Shown: positions 1 through 12,926, counted from the first letter of the stretch. The stretch: 64,000 nt of DNA from Lingula anatina (GCA_051362555.1 CM120644.1:12298567-12362566), one strand, 5' to 3'. Notes: generated by a model from the letters alone, not told the origin. A program made the numbers and translations.

Positions 1-563
1 TATCAGTTCTGTAAGTTTCAAGCCAAAAGGTAAAATGGTTTTCCACTTATCGTGTTATCGGTGCTGCATATATGCTGAAAAAATAGAAAAAATAGCCTAA
101 ATTCACTAAAAATGACCCAATCACGCTGATTTTCGAACTTGACCTGCGTATTAAGTATATTCATCAGTTCTGTAAGTTTCAAGCCAAAAAGTAAAATGGT
201 TTTCCACTTATGGTGTTATCGGTGCTGCACATATGCTGAAAAAAGTGAAAAAACAGCATAAATTCCCTATAAGTGACCCGATCATGCTGATTTTCGAACT
301 TGACCTGCGTATTATGAATATTCATCAGTTCTGAAAGTTTCAAGTCAAAAGGTAAAATGGTTTTCCACTTATCGTGTTATCGGTGCTGCATATATGCTGA
401 AAAAAGTGAAAAAACAGCATAAATTCCCTAAAAGTGACCCGATCATGCTGATTTTCGAACTTGACCTGCGTATTATGAATATTCATCAGTTCTGCAAGTT
501 TCAAGTCAAAAGGTAAAATGGTTTTCCACTTATCGTGTTATCGGTAAAAGTGCACGGTGACGG

Positions 564-594
<31 letters not shown>

Positions 595-646
595 AGACGC
601 AGATGATGGCTATATGTACAGACACATCTGTGTCTGTACATAAAAA
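1..646 (+). mobile_element. 3' part of a non-autonomous Helentron/HINE-like element: 161-bp tandem array (~3.4 units), (GACGGC/GAC)n microsatellite, terminal hairpin and A-run
   Basis: The TCAGTTCTG motif recurs at 3, 164, 325 and 486 (period 161). A GACGGCGACGAC tract lies at ~558-600. The hairpin TATGTACAGACAC-atct-GTGTCTGTACATA (613-642) is followed by AAAA. A near-identical 3' end occurs at 8144-8249. Family assignment is by architecture, from knowledge of DINE-1/HINE-type elements. Confidence 0.75.
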
Positions 647-939
647 TGAATAGAGTGATTTTTAAAAAAAATGTTTATAAGTTTAAAGTTAACTCGCATC
701 AATTTTAGTTCAGAAATGGGATGTTTTTGTTTTTAACAGATGGAAAAGACATTTTCTACCAGCCTTCCAAGTTCCAAATTTTGATTGGCGGATAGTGCGT
801 CAGCTAATACACAGAGGCATGCGTCTATTGGAATAGGGCGAAAGAAAGGGTTTATTGAACAGATTTGTACAGATCATGGGTAAGACAAAACAGATTTTGT
901 GTATACTGGTAGCATCTTCACGAATCCAAGAAACTAACA

Positions 940-2170
940 AGCAGTTTTCTTCTATTTTGGCCAAACAGGGAAGAATTATTTTCTTCATTATAGTGATCGA
1001 TAGGTGTGTTTGGTCATTTGTAGTGAGTGTAAAGTGCTGGAAGAGTGGTTGTGTCATTATTAAGGAAGAAATAGAGCAAAAACTCTCTCCACCCCCCTCT
1101 CTCCAAATCCTGTTCTCAGGTGTGCTCTTTGGCCATCTTTAAAGCTGAAATTGGGGGCTTTTATGAAGTGATCTGGGCGCGTATCCAATTTTTTTATAAA
1201 TGACAGGTGTGGTAGATTTATTTTTGACAAATTTTGGAAAAATCGGAGACGGGTCGATCCTGGGTGATTTTGAGTGATTTTTATGAGGTCCGGATATGGC
1301 AGTTTTCTTCAATTTTGACAAGATAGGGAGGAAAAAAATTTTTCTTTCTTGTAGTGATCAGGAGGTGTGTTTGGTCATTTGTAGTGAGTGTAAAGTGCTG
1401 GAAGAGTTATTGTGTTATTAGTAAGGTAGAAATAGAGCAAAAACTCTCTCCACCCACCCCCCTTCTCTCCAAATCCTGTTCACAGGTGTGCTCTTTGGCC
1501 ATCTTTAAAGATGAAATGGGGGGGGGGGGGCTTTAATGAAGTGATTCGGGCAAGTTTCCAATTTTTCTATGAATGTCAGGTGTGGTAGATTTATTTTTGA
1601 CAAATTTTGGAAAAATCGGAGACGGGTCTATCCAGGGTGATTTTGAGTGATTTTTATGAGGTCCGGATATGGCAGTTTTCTTCAATTTTGACAAGATAGG
1701 GAGGAAAAAAATTTTTCTTTCTTGTAGTGATCAGGAGGTGTGTTTGGTCATTTGTAGTGAGTGTAAAGTGCTAAAAGAGTGGTTGTGTCATTATTAAGGA
1801 AGAAATAGAGCAAAAACTCCCTTCATCCCCCCCTCTCTCCAAATTCTGTTCTCAGGTGTGCTCTTTGGTCATCTTTAAAGCTGAATTTGGGGGCTTGAAT
1901 GAAGTGATCTGGGTGCGTTTCCAATTTTTTTATGAACGACAGGAGTGGTAGATTGATTTTTGACACATTTTGGAAAAATCGAAGACGGGTCGATCCTGGG
2001 TGATTTTGAGTGATTTTTATAAGGGGTGGATATGGCAGTTTTCTTCAATTTTGGCCAGATAGGGTTGAAAAAAAATTTTTTTTTTCGTTATTTATGAATG
2101 ACAGGTATGGTAGATCGATTTTTTTACATTTCAGAAAAATCAGAGACGGATCCATTCTGGGTGATTTCTC
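940..2170. repeat. Tandem array of ~360-370 bp units (~3.3 copies)
   Basis: The GCAGTTTTCT anchor occurs at ~941, 1299, 1672 and 2035. The blocks GGTGTGTTTGGTCATTTGTAGTGAGTGTAAAGTGCT and GGAGACGGGTCGATCCTGGGTGATTTTGAG repeat in each unit. Confidence 0.9.
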
Positions 2171-2409
2171 CACTGAAAAGATTTATTCAGATCATTAAAT
2201 AAGATATATATTTTTTTTCACATAAATCAAATGCCTGACATGTTAAGTTAAACCAAATAAAAAAAAGTAAATGCACAGTTTTGACAACTTCATCCACATA
2301 TTTATGTAAAAATCTTTCCTTTTTATAGAAAACATTAAACAATTCAGTCAAATATTATGCTCTTATTCACTTATGTCTTATGTAAAATGGTCATTTGTCT
2401 TTCAACTTT

Positions 2410-3578
2410 TTATACAAATATTTCAATAAAATCATGACTACTGTGAATGGCCTTTTTTGGTTCTACATTTTTCAATTTCTGTTTTACGTATAACCCTTTC
2501 TGATGAAGTCTAGTGTCACTGTGAGCATGTTTTTTGGGCAAGTGATAATCTAAATGTTCCACAGAAGGGAGACGCCATTTTGGATAGCGCTTTCGCCTCT
2601 CCAATGCGGCTGAATGGTAGGACTGCTTTTCTTGGCTTGTTTCCGCCAACATTGTTTCACTTTTGGCAATTTGGCGCACACGTGGCACCAGCTGCTGTAT
2701 TGTGTCAGAACGTGGTGAAGACTGTAGAGCATCATAGGTATTTGATCTAGGTCGGTGACAATGGTGCCCTTTGGGTCGGCGGCCTTTACTGCTAGTGCTA
2801 CTGGCACCACCATGTGCTGCTATTACAGGGAACTTTCTGTCAGATGAAGCCTCAGCACTTGATGGTGAAGTTAGAGTAAGTTGTTGTTGCTTCCCACTTG
2901 AAGACTTCTGTGTCACCCTCTGCCCTGGTCCTGTATCTTTTGGTTCTGACATTTGAACATCAGAAAAGTCTGTGAAAGCTAAACCCATATCGTGCACCTT
3001 TCCTTTTTCATCTGTCACTTGGAGCTCAATGCTGTCAATACTGTGACAAGAGTCAGCCTTATATTTGTCACCATTTTCACTAACAAATGGAATTTCAGTG
3101 TCAAAGTCAGTGACATTATCATCAGGGGTGACGAAAAATCTCACCATCCTGTCCCTGGGACCAGACTGATAGTCCAATTCTGTATCAGAACCCTGGTTGC
3201 TATGGCAGCTGTTGCCATTAGCAACAGTTAAGTTATTTCTGTTGTTTTCTATAGCAGCACTAATGTCTCTTTGGGTGGATTGGATTTTTTGTTTTTGGCA
3301 GTAATTTTGATCAAACACTGGACTTGACCGTCCACTACCTGCATCAACTAGGACTTTTATTACCTTGTTGTTTTTATAAATGGCTGACCCTCGCTTTTGA
3401 TAAATGGGGGCAGCACGTGTGCCTAGACCACCGAGGGAAGACGAAGAGCTGACACGTTTCTTTTGTGGTTGGTCATTGGCAGCAATGCCAAAACGTTCCC
3501 TCATTGACGTAGCAACCATTAGACTTAGGCGACGTAAAGCACTGGTGTTTGCGCTGGATTCTTCTGTCCTCAATGAAT
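2410..3578 (-). CDS. Terminal coding exon (~389 aa, disordered, Ser/Arg/Lys-rich, ends ...HDFIEIFV*); probable longest C-terminal tail of the GPCR
   Basis: Long ORF in AT-rich DNA with acceptor tatatttccAG|AT-TCA-TTG (exon starts 3578). Phase 1 matches the GPCR TM7-exon donor (G|GTAAGG at 19581), giving ...EEML-D-SLRTEESS. TAA at 2410-2412; AATAAA (minus) at 2182-2187. Confidence 0.8.
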
Positions 3579-4102
3579 CTGGAAATATACACAAAGTCAA
3601 GTAAGTTTGGGCTAATTATAGCAGTGAACATTTTTCTTCATCAGACAGATTTGAATTTTTTTCGCAAGATTTCCTTCTACCCGTAAAATAACCAATTTCT
3701 TCTGTGTGAAAAGTCGACAATAATAATAATAATAATCAAATCAAATCCCTACACTTGCTAAAGGCTGGTTAAATAGATCAATGAGAAAATCTATTTGTCC
3801 TATTATACTATTTACAATTAGTTGGGACATAACTATTCTAGATTTAAATAAAATTTCATAAATTTTAAAATTTAAACTGGATAGACATTTTCAGATGTAA
3901 AACTGCAAACTTAAAATGTTTTAAAAAGTTGATATAAAATGTTATAATGAAGGTATAATCATAGTCAAAACCACATCTGTAATCAAAACACTAACTCCAC
4001 AACTGGCATCAAGTCATATCTGGACAAAAATATCTAACTGTAATATTATATGACAAAAGGAGAAGTCTTAGAGTTTCTTAAATTCACCACATCATCAATG
4101 AG

Positions 4103-4555
4103 GCTATAAACACAACCAAAGTTGATCTGCAGACTAGGGGACCATTCCCACAGATATTTCGATCTATCTCCCTGGGGAGTCTCACAAAATTGCTATCAAA
4201 CTACTCGGATTTAACATCTGTCACCCCTAGTAAAACTGTAAGGGGTCTATTATCTTTACCCCTAGCTGATTCGGTAGGCGTGGCAGACATTTAAACCTCT
4301 AGAGCTGATAGCAATTTAGCATGAACCCCCAGAGAGTTAGGTCGATCCAGATGGATTGATCTAAGTATGGGAACCCAGTCTAATAGATCCACAGATCAAA
4401 TATGGCAGAACCACTTGAAAGCATATGGCATATTCCCCATGTGGAATCTATTCAGTGTCTATTAGGGGATTAATTCGCAAGATTCCAAGTGGGTCGGCCA
4501 TATTTGATCTGCACCGACCTGTTGGTCCACGGATCGACTTGTTCTGAGTGCGTCC
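4103..4555. mobile_element. Degenerate foldback MITE interrupted by an inserted MITE at 4138-4380
   Basis: Inverted arms CAGATCAAATATGGCAGAACCACTTGAAA / TTCCAAGTGGGTCGGCCATATTTGATCTG and AAGTTGATCTG / CGGATCGACTT. The left end is approximate. Confidence 0.5.
4138..4380. mobile_element. PIF/Harbinger (Tourist)-like foldback MITE, diverged copy
   Basis: Ends GGGACCATTCCCA...TGGGAACCCAGTC, flanked by TAG/TAA. It is an imperfect palindrome over its whole length and is homologous to 4559-4784. Confidence 0.7.
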
Positions 4556-4558
4556 TTA

Positions 4559-4784
4559 GACCCCATTTCCATAGATTTTTAGATCAATCTATCCCCGTGG
4601 GGAGTCTCACTAGATTACTGTCAGCTTGGCCGGATTAAGCATCTGTCCCGCCTACTAAAAGCTGTAAGGGGGTAATTAACTATGGTGCCCGCTCGGCTGA
4701 CTGCAATTTAGCGTGAACCCCCAGGGAGTTAGGTCGATCTAAATCTTAATCTTTAGATCGATCTAAATCTCTGGGAAAGCACCC
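4559..4784 (+). mobile_element. PIF/Harbinger (Tourist)-like MITE, subfamily A
   Basis: TTA target duplication (4556-4558, 4785-4787); ends GACCCCATTTCC...GGGAAAGCACCC; closely similar copies at 26527-26756 and, inverted, at 36547-36753. Confidence 0.85.
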
Positions 4785-5071
4785 TTAGAGACTATATTTT
4801 GACAGACCTGACAAATCCTTACAGAAAGACATAAATTTTATCAAAACACTTCAGGCATAATACCAACTAGTACTAAAAACAACCACTGCATGAAATCATC
4901 TATTAATGAGTTTTATCAAATCAGTTCAAAACTTACATATAATCATTTTCTCATCCCCTTAAATATCAATTAGTACTAAAGGTTAGTATGACTTCATGAC
5001 ATCTAATCAAACATGCATTATTGGTATGTGTACAAACAAACAACTTTGTGTTTTTTAAAGACAAATTTGTA

Positions 5072-5332
5072 TTGAGGATATGATATTGTCCATCCTTCCT
5101 AGTACATGCTTTCCCTGACAGGTATCTGCATGATTATGTGAAGCTTAACACCGGCTGCAAAAGTACCAGTTAAGTGTATTCCCTTTTTTGCCAAATTTAC
5201 CAGTATTCTGTTATCCTTTCCCCAGCAATGACATAGGGAAATGCAGCAGAACAAAACATTAAAAAACTTCCCACAGAGATCGGTAAGGGCTAACATGTAT
5301 CTGGAGAACGGCTAACAATACATATCCTCAAA
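5072..5332. repeat. Degenerate inverted repeat, possibly an old foldback element
   Basis: TTGAGGATATGATATTGT at the left pairs with ACAATACATATCCTCAA at the right; weaker complementarity continues inward. Confidence 0.45.
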
Positions 5333-6229
5333 ATGATAAACTAAAAGCATGTACACTGTACAATGGGCTGTGTTTCTATTTTAAAATATTTCTTGTCAGC
5401 TTATTGATTTATTTGATACCATCAGAACACCCTTTGGATTGTTTTGAAATTTGATGAAAAAAACTGTGATATTTAAAATTTATAAAAACAAATGGCATCA
5501 TTACTACACCAATCCAGTGAACTTAAAAAGTAGACCCCAATCTGCCAATTTCGTGACTATGTTTGCAAGATAGACGGAAATGTTACCCCCCCCCCCCTTT
5601 TTACACCAATTGCTCAGAACAGTGTGTTAAAACTGGAACTCTTTTGATTTGTAACTTCTTGCCATAGGACAAGAATTTTACCAACCCCAAATGAACCACA
5701 TTACACCCTGAATTTCAGAGCCTAATGGAACCCTGCCTCAGTAATAGCCTATAGCTAGGTAAGTTACCCTTAGTGCTCTGAATTTCAGGGTGTCAAAAGT
5801 GCAGGTTGTAATGAACATGACAATATTAAGTTGAACCACAGCATGTAAGTAATTAACAACAATAACAATTGTTCACAACTTTTTTGTGAAGTGTATTGAA
5901 CTACATGCACTACTGTAGTTGGACATGTTCTTGGAATGTGAAAAAGGTGCCACTGTTATCTATCACTTTGGCATTAATCTGACTTCAAAAATCAATTTTG
6001 CCCAAGCTACATGGTGCTACATGTTGTTAAAACATGATAGAGGGAGTCCACATTAAAACAAGGCAGCAAAGCTGTCAAATGTACAGACAAAAAGCAGACA
6101 ATAACAATGCACAAAACAGGCTACTGTCAATTCTGATGCAAAAGTACATTATGCTTAACTGCAAATTCAACATCAAATTTTAATTATGCTCAACAGGTAA
6201 TACCAATGTAAGTGAAATGTGTAACAAGC

Positions 6230-7290
6230 GTAAGGCTTCAGGCCCATGGGAGTTTAAGTTCACACTTTGAAAATGCCAGAATGAGAAAAATGAAAATTTC
6301 ACATAAAACTGCTTAAATTCAATAATAAATGATAACCCATTTGAGCTGGCTTTCTAATTTGAACTGCATGCCAATCCTACAAATCATACTTGTAAGTTGA
6401 AAATAATAATAAGTAACATAGTTTTCTTTTCATAATGTTTGTTGTAGCAGTGCAAAAAGATTTTTGTCAATTTTGATGTAACATTACAAAATAAATTACA
6501 GAATAATTATCACCAATTTTTGATTATTGACTATAAAGAGCATGGACATGTAGAAAATTTGATTACCATTTGGCTTCATGTCCATGGGAGCTTCGAGTCC
6601 CACAATGAATATGCCAACATGATAAAAATGAATAATTCACTAAAATGTATAACTTCCAGAAAAAGAAGCCAATTAGACTGCTTTTCCAACTCAGGCTGCA
6701 TTTTAGTCCTTTGTTTCTTTTTTGAAAGTTTGACAATCATAAGTAACACGGTTTTCCCATAATGGTCATCATGGCAGCAGCACCAAAATTGTGTTTTCTT
6801 CTATTTTAATGCAATATTACATAATGCTTAACAGCATAATGACCATCAGTTTTTAATAATAAAAGATCCGTATCGTGGATTTTCAGAAAATGTGACTAGC
6901 ATGGGTCTTCAAGCCCGTGGAGGTTCTAAGTCACACCTTGAAAATGCCAATATGTGAAAAATTAAATTTTCACAAAAAACTGATTAACTGCCAAAAAAAT
7001 TTACCAAATAGTCTGCATTTCCCACTGAAGCTTTATTTAAGTCCCATGTTTCTTCCTGTAAGTTTGAGCACTGTAAGTGACATGGTTTTCCTTAAATGGT
7101 CATCATGGGAGCAGTGTCCAAAATAGGGGTGTCTTCAAATTTTGATGCACTATTACATAATGTTTAACAGGATAATTACCATCAATTTTTAATAATAAAA
7201 TATTAGTATCATGGATATTCAGAAAATGTTCCTAGCAAAGGTCTTCAGGCCAAAGGAACTTCAAAGTTACACCTTGAAAATGCCAGACAA
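6230..7290. repeat. Degenerate ~335-bp tandem array (~3.2 units)
   Basis: The motif CTTCA..CC....G....T..AGT.ACAC.TTGAAAATGCCA recurs at ~6236, 6574, 6907 and 7243. AATGGTCATCATGG...TATTACATAATG..TAACAG blocks occur at ~6761 and ~7096. Confidence 0.7.
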
Positions 7291-7685
7291 GACAGCACTG
7301 TCTTGAAATGTTTTTTTTTCCATTTTTAACAATTTTTTAACATATAACAAAATAAACAATTTACTGCCACTTATATATGATCAACTAAGAAAATTGATGA
7401 GATGGGAAAAATATCAATAGAACAGTGTTTATTGTCCAATTTCCTCCATTCTGAGTTTCTGAACATAGTGAATGAATGAATCTGACAAACTGCAATGATA
7501 TGAGTTTATTTCCATTTTTGAAACTCTATTATACAATACATGATAACAAGTTTACCATCATTTTTACATAATCAACTAACAATGTTGTAAAGATGCAGGA
7601 AATGTCAAACAAACACTTTTATGAATCTTATTAGTTAAATAATGAGACTGTTAACATGCCTAAGAATTGAATCTGAGGAAATGTT

Positions 7686-8249
7686 TAAAAACAGCATAAC
7701 TTATAAAATAATGGCCCGATTATGCTGATTTTCGAACTTGACCTGCATTTTAGTAAGATTAATTACTCCTGTGAGTTTCATGACAACAGGTCTATCGGTT
7801 TTCCTTGAAATGTGTTAACAGTGTTGCACATATGCTAAAAAGTGAAAAAAACAGCATAACTACTAAAATAGTGGCCCGATCATGCTGATTTTCGAACTTG
7901 ATCTGCGTTTTAGTAAGATTAATTACTCCTGTGAGTTTCATGACAACAGGCCTATCGGTTTTCCTTGAAATGTGTTAACAGTGTTGCATATATGCTAAAA
8001 AGTGAAAACACAGCATAAATACTACAATAATTGCCCAAACATGCTGATTTTCGAACTTGACCTGCGTTTTATGAATATTCATCAGCTCTGTAAATATAAA
8101 GCCAAAAGGTAAAACTGTCTTCCACTTATCGTGTTAACGATGAAAGTGCACGGCGACGGCGACGGCGACATCGACGGCGACAGGGACGGCGACGACAGAC
8201 GCAGGTGATGGCAATATGTACAGACACATCTGTGTCTGTACATAAAAAA
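7686..8249 (+). mobile_element. Second HINE/Helentron-like element 3' module: 160-bp array, GACGGC microsatellite and terminal hairpin (the element may start near 6057 and include the 335-bp array)
   Basis: TTCGAACTTG at 7731, 7891 and 8050; GACGGC tract at 8149-8200; hairpin TATGTACAGACAC/GTGTCTGTACATA at 8215-8244 followed by an A-run. Same family as 1-646. Confidence 0.8.
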
Positions 8250-8349
8250 TTACTGTGCTGACAAGTTTGTTTGGTGCAATGTAAACAACAAATCACCACA
8301 AAAAAGTGGGAAAATCATCAACTGCATATCACGCATAAATGGGAAAAAA

Positions 8350-8620
8350 GTGAGAGTGACACAAGGTACCATGACAACATGACGACTTAGCAACTTATTC
8401 AAATGACATAAAACATGACAATCAGTGACAGTTTTATGCTTCCATGACAGCTTGCATGACAAGACAACATAGGGTACCATGACAAATACAGTGTAGCTCA
8501 GAGTGCATGAGTTAATTAATAAACTGACCCTGGGCATAACATTTAGTGACTATTTCATGCTTTCAACAAAAACTCCCATGACAATATATGACAATATAGG
8601 GTACCATGACACATTTAACT
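8350..8620. repeat. Degenerate ~110-125 bp repeats rich in CATGAC(A) motifs
   Basis: GGTACCATGACA at ~8365, 8472 and 8600, with many interspersed CATGACA words. Confidence 0.55.
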
Positions 8621-10839
8621 GATACTAGGCATGGAATTTGGTAACAATTTCATGCTTAAACATGTAACAACACTGACACAAGATTGCATGCAAGCATCCA
8701 TATGATATAGCTTACATTTGATACCTTGGTCAGAGATAAGTAGCAATAAAAGAGTAATTAAGAATGAGGCTGGGAAAATGGAAATGGGAAATATTGGTCA
8801 TAGCAGATTACTTTTAAGCACATCAAATTGTTTCTTCTTTTTATCTAAAATATTTTTTAAAAATATTATAATAAATAAAAATCTAAATATATTTTCTGGA
8901 CAGAACACTGAAAGAAGGACCTCATGCCAGATAAAAAATAACAGGATTTATATATCTATTTTGGTTGTAGGTACATGTACATGCAGCAAATAATGCACAT
9001 CCATTAGAAAATTAGTCAAAATTCCCAAAATAGAAGAAGGCAAATTACCAGTATGTATTTCATCTTTCTATCCTGTTTTTGAAGTGATCAGGATTACTTT
9101 GAGCACAGTCTAGAGAGAAAATAGAAGGGCTAAAATAAAATTAATGAGAGACAGAAAGAGAGAAATACAAAGATGAAAAATATCAACAAATAGACAAAAG
9201 AGTAAACATACAATTTCACACAAGACAGGCAAAGACAGTTGGTCCAGTGTCCTACTTAAAATGCACACTAGAGTCAAGTATATAACTGATATCTTTACAA
9301 TGTTCACACAAATATGTTGTTCACAACCTTAAAGAAGATACAGAGATATGAAAGCCCCATAGTCAGGATATATGGTTTTAACAAAAAAAAAAGTTCCAGT
9401 TTGTTAGCATGCTTGATTGTGCTGGCCCTCACTTTCTGCCACTATATCCTACTAGTAGAGTGAATATTGCCAGAGATTGGGGAAATTACCCTTTTCAGGG
9501 CCACAGTTGATTTTTTACTAGTTATTCACAGATACTTCTCTAGCTGGTCCGTGCACATTTCGGTACTGTGAGAGCCGTCCAACAGGAATTTTTGCACACA
9601 ACAGACATCATCCCTCAACTGGCCTATGGTGAATAGTAAGGGGGGGGGGGTGCTTAAAGAAGGGCCTGTTCAGAACCAGCTGATCCACTGAATAGCTAGA
9701 TGATAGAGCTTGCATCAAACATGACGTACACTTGTTATTCCCTAACGATAATGTAATGGATTTCTGCCTCGCAAGCCACCCTCCCTGCAAGGGCAGAGTT
9801 ATTAAATATCTGCAAGCATTCAAGAGGGTTACGCCATATTTGATCATATTTGAGGGGACTAGTTAGTCCATGAATCAAATGGTTCTGAAAAGGCTCTAGG
9901 ACACCATATACATACTTTCTTGTGTCACCAAGCAGTTAAATCAGGAATGTAGAAATAAAGTTATACTGTTATAGTTCTTTAAATCAAGTGAGTGGTGACA
10001 GTATATTTCTTTACCCTGTCTGGGCAGTAACTTCGGTGCAAAGGGTATATTTTTGAACATGAAAGTTGTGCAAGAGTTGTGTATAATTATCATGCCATAA
10101 CTGGTTATACTAGAATCTATGTATAAACTGTACTCTTAGTACTGGTACTAGTACAAGTATGTGCCATCTATTGCAATCAAACTTTCTGAAATGCATCCAT
10201 GGTTAATATACAAGATTTAAAAAAAAGCTATACTTTGCATGTATCTGGAACTTATGAGACTCCTGCATATTTCATCTTATCCTATCATACAAACAGCTAC
10301 ATATTCAAACACATACGAATTCAAAAATCACTCCATAAGAAAGAAATTATAAATAAAACAACAGAGGCTGATCCAGAATTATATTAGTCAAAGAGATGTT
10401 CTGTTCTCCCTCCCACTGTCTGATATTTTTTTTGAAAAAGATAATTATCCATTGTTGAGGCATTTTGTGGTAATACCAGTTCAACAGGTACAGTAATGAC
10501 TTCATCTTTTCAATGGGGACAAATTACCAATTTTTCAGAAAATGATTTTGGAATAATAGAAAAATATATGATTTCTATATAGCATTGGTGGTGCTTTACT
10601 GTAAAGAATGAAACCGCTTTTCGATTTTGGTCCTACATGACATACCACTGAATCAACATGCATGGTCTAGTTTGAAGAATTAATGACATAAGAAATTACA
10701 GTATCTGTCATTTTCACAATTTGTTGCCCACTGAATAGATTGAGTCATCGCCTAATTTTTCTTCTATCTGACCTGAACCTGGTTCTGTTTTCAAGAATTG
10801 GAGGAGGGCACCCTGAGTGTCAGAGGTTTGGAAACTCAC

Positions 10840-10872
10840 CAAGCAAAGGCATGCACCTGTGGTATCCAGTTA
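10840..10872 (-). CDS. Candidate 33-nt symmetric (phase 1-1) micro-exon of the GPCR tail (VTGYHRCMPLL)
   Basis: A long (CT)n pyrimidine tract precedes the ctatttctAG acceptor; the donor is a strong TTG|GTGAGT; the frame is open and preserved. Confidence 0.3.
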
Positions 10873-11173
10873 CTAGAAATAGCAAGTGCATGGCTATGAG
10901 AGAGAGAGAGAATGAGAGAGAGAGAGAGAGGAGAGGCTAGTTTCCAATGACCTCTAATACTCAGGGTTCTGGTAGGAAGGGTGTTGGCTGGGGCCCCTTG
11001 GATTTGCCTTTTTTCCAGCAAACTTGATTACAGTTTTAAAAAGTGACAAAGTAAACAATTATGTCCTATTCAGATTTTGGTGCATTTAGATCTGTTACTG
11101 CATGTGAAGATGACATGTAAAGTGATGATAAAATATGAACCAAAACAAAAGCAACAGCAGTGCAAAAAAGTAC

Positions 11174-11209
11174 CTGCAAAGGACTCAACATCCGCATCTG
11201 AGCAGCATC
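11174..11209 (-). CDS. Candidate 36-nt symmetric (phase 1-1) micro-exon of the GPCR tail (GCCSDADVESFA)
   Basis: Acceptor ttttcttctAG, donor GCAG|GTACTT; GC-richer than its flanks and frame-preserving. Confidence 0.35.
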
Positions 11210-12753
11210 CTAGAAGAAAATATCAGAAATTGTTTGAAAAATAAGACCACCTCTATATAAAATCAGGAGTGGATACCATTTTAGACCATGAAACATCAGC
11301 ATCTTTACAGCAGGTATCCTCACCCAGGAAATGTTTTCTGTAAAAACTCATTTCATCCTTTAAAACATATTAATAAACAAAGGGCATTCAAAATACTTTT
11401 TGTACTCTATTTTTGTAATAATTTTCACTTAGACATGTAATATTTTAGAAGTTTGTTTTAGTTTGGTAAAGTATATTGTGCGATTGCAAAAAACAAAGAA
11501 AAATTAAAATAATTCTTTTATAATTCTGAATAATAAGAGATAAATGTTAAAGAAAAAAGTGCAGCAAACAAAAAATCAAGTTATTAACAAAATAAGTCTT
11601 AGACCACATCTCTAGAATCCCCTCTTAGTATCAATAACACAAAAAAGCACCAGTGTACTACCAATCACCGTGTTCAAATGTATTTTAATTTTTGCATTAT
11701 GTAATATAAATATATGATCTTGAAAAAGTTATTTCTGATTTTAATTTTCAGAATTTTCAGATTATTGATATGAGGCATATGCTGTATTCAGATCCCTTTT
11801 TACATATTAGGGTGTTTTAATACCAATGTTTTACATTACAAAGTAATTACATTTTTCAAAATAGCAGCCGAATATTACAGTAATAACTTAAACCCAAACA
11901 GCAGTCTTAATTTTCATACGCAATAAAAATAAAATTGTTAAGTACTTAAAAAAAAGGAAGAAAGAAAAATGTTATGGCAATTGCTGAAGGCTCTCAGAAA
12001 AAAAATTAAAAAATCTGAGATGTGACCATCAGTTCATAAGTTTGAAATATTTCAATCTTTGTTAATTTAGTGGAAATGGATCTGAACACAGCTTGTAATA
12101 CTTACAATGTAAAAACTCTTGGTCAGTTATGTATTAGTTTCAAATCAAACTTCAGTAGCAAAGTTAATGCTATTAAGGATTAAAGCAGGTAATATAACAG
12201 ATAAGATTATAAAAAGGGGAGATATGAAGTAAATGAAAAGGCAAATAAAATTATAAAGAAAAGATGTTGATTAATAAACAATTTTTAAACTCATTAAATT
12301 TATGAAAGCTAAGGTAACATTTGTACACATGCATTAATGAAATAAATGTATGTGACTTAAATTTTTACTTAAACAATCAAGGAGAATATTATAATTTCAA
12401 TGTGAAATTAAAGTAATATTCAAAATTATCAAGAAAATAAAAATAAAAAATATTAACCAAATAAAGGGGAAAATGAAAAACAAAATCGAAAAATCAAAAA
12501 TAAATATACTAGTATATGTATACATACGAATTGTATTCATTTTTATTTAAATTACACTTTCACATTTACCAGTACCTATCTATGTACCAGTAAATATCAT
12601 CTTTAAGCCTAATCATCCTCATCACAAATCTCAATAAACTAGTTATATGGTACATAAGCCACCTGCAATTGTCAAAAATTAGTACAAAAGATCAAACACT
12701 GAAGCCCTAGCAACACTGCACCCATTACCATGACAACTGTTACTACGCCAGCA

Positions 12754-12926
12754 CTAACCAAGGCAACAATCTGCCAGAGGGCTGCAGATCCTATTACCAG
12801 ATGGCACTCTGTTATGCAAGACAAACCCTTTTTCATTTTCCCCACTAGCTGGCTGACTGTCTCTAACAGGATAGAGACTGCTCCTTGCGTCATCTTCTCT
12901 GCCCATTTTTAGGTCAACGTCATAAT
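12754..12926 (-). CDS. Candidate alternative terminal exon of the GPCR (57 aa: DYDVDLKMGREDDARSS...PLADCCLG*)
   Basis: Acceptor tacttgcacgtAG|AT-TAT-GAC in phase 1; hydrophilic protein-like composition in a GC-richer island; TAG at 12754-12756; AATAAA (minus) at 12542-12547. Confidence 0.5.

Noticed and set aside
800-2198. ORFs at 800-2198
   Set aside because: They lie in the ~365-bp tandem array and the frames are not preserved between units.
9608-9784. Frame GGWLARQKSITLSLG...RPVEG* after acceptor cccttgcAG as another GPCR tail
   Set aside because: It needs a phase-0 donor, whereas the TM7 exon is phase 1. It is reachable only through an unsupported intermediate exon, so it was left out.
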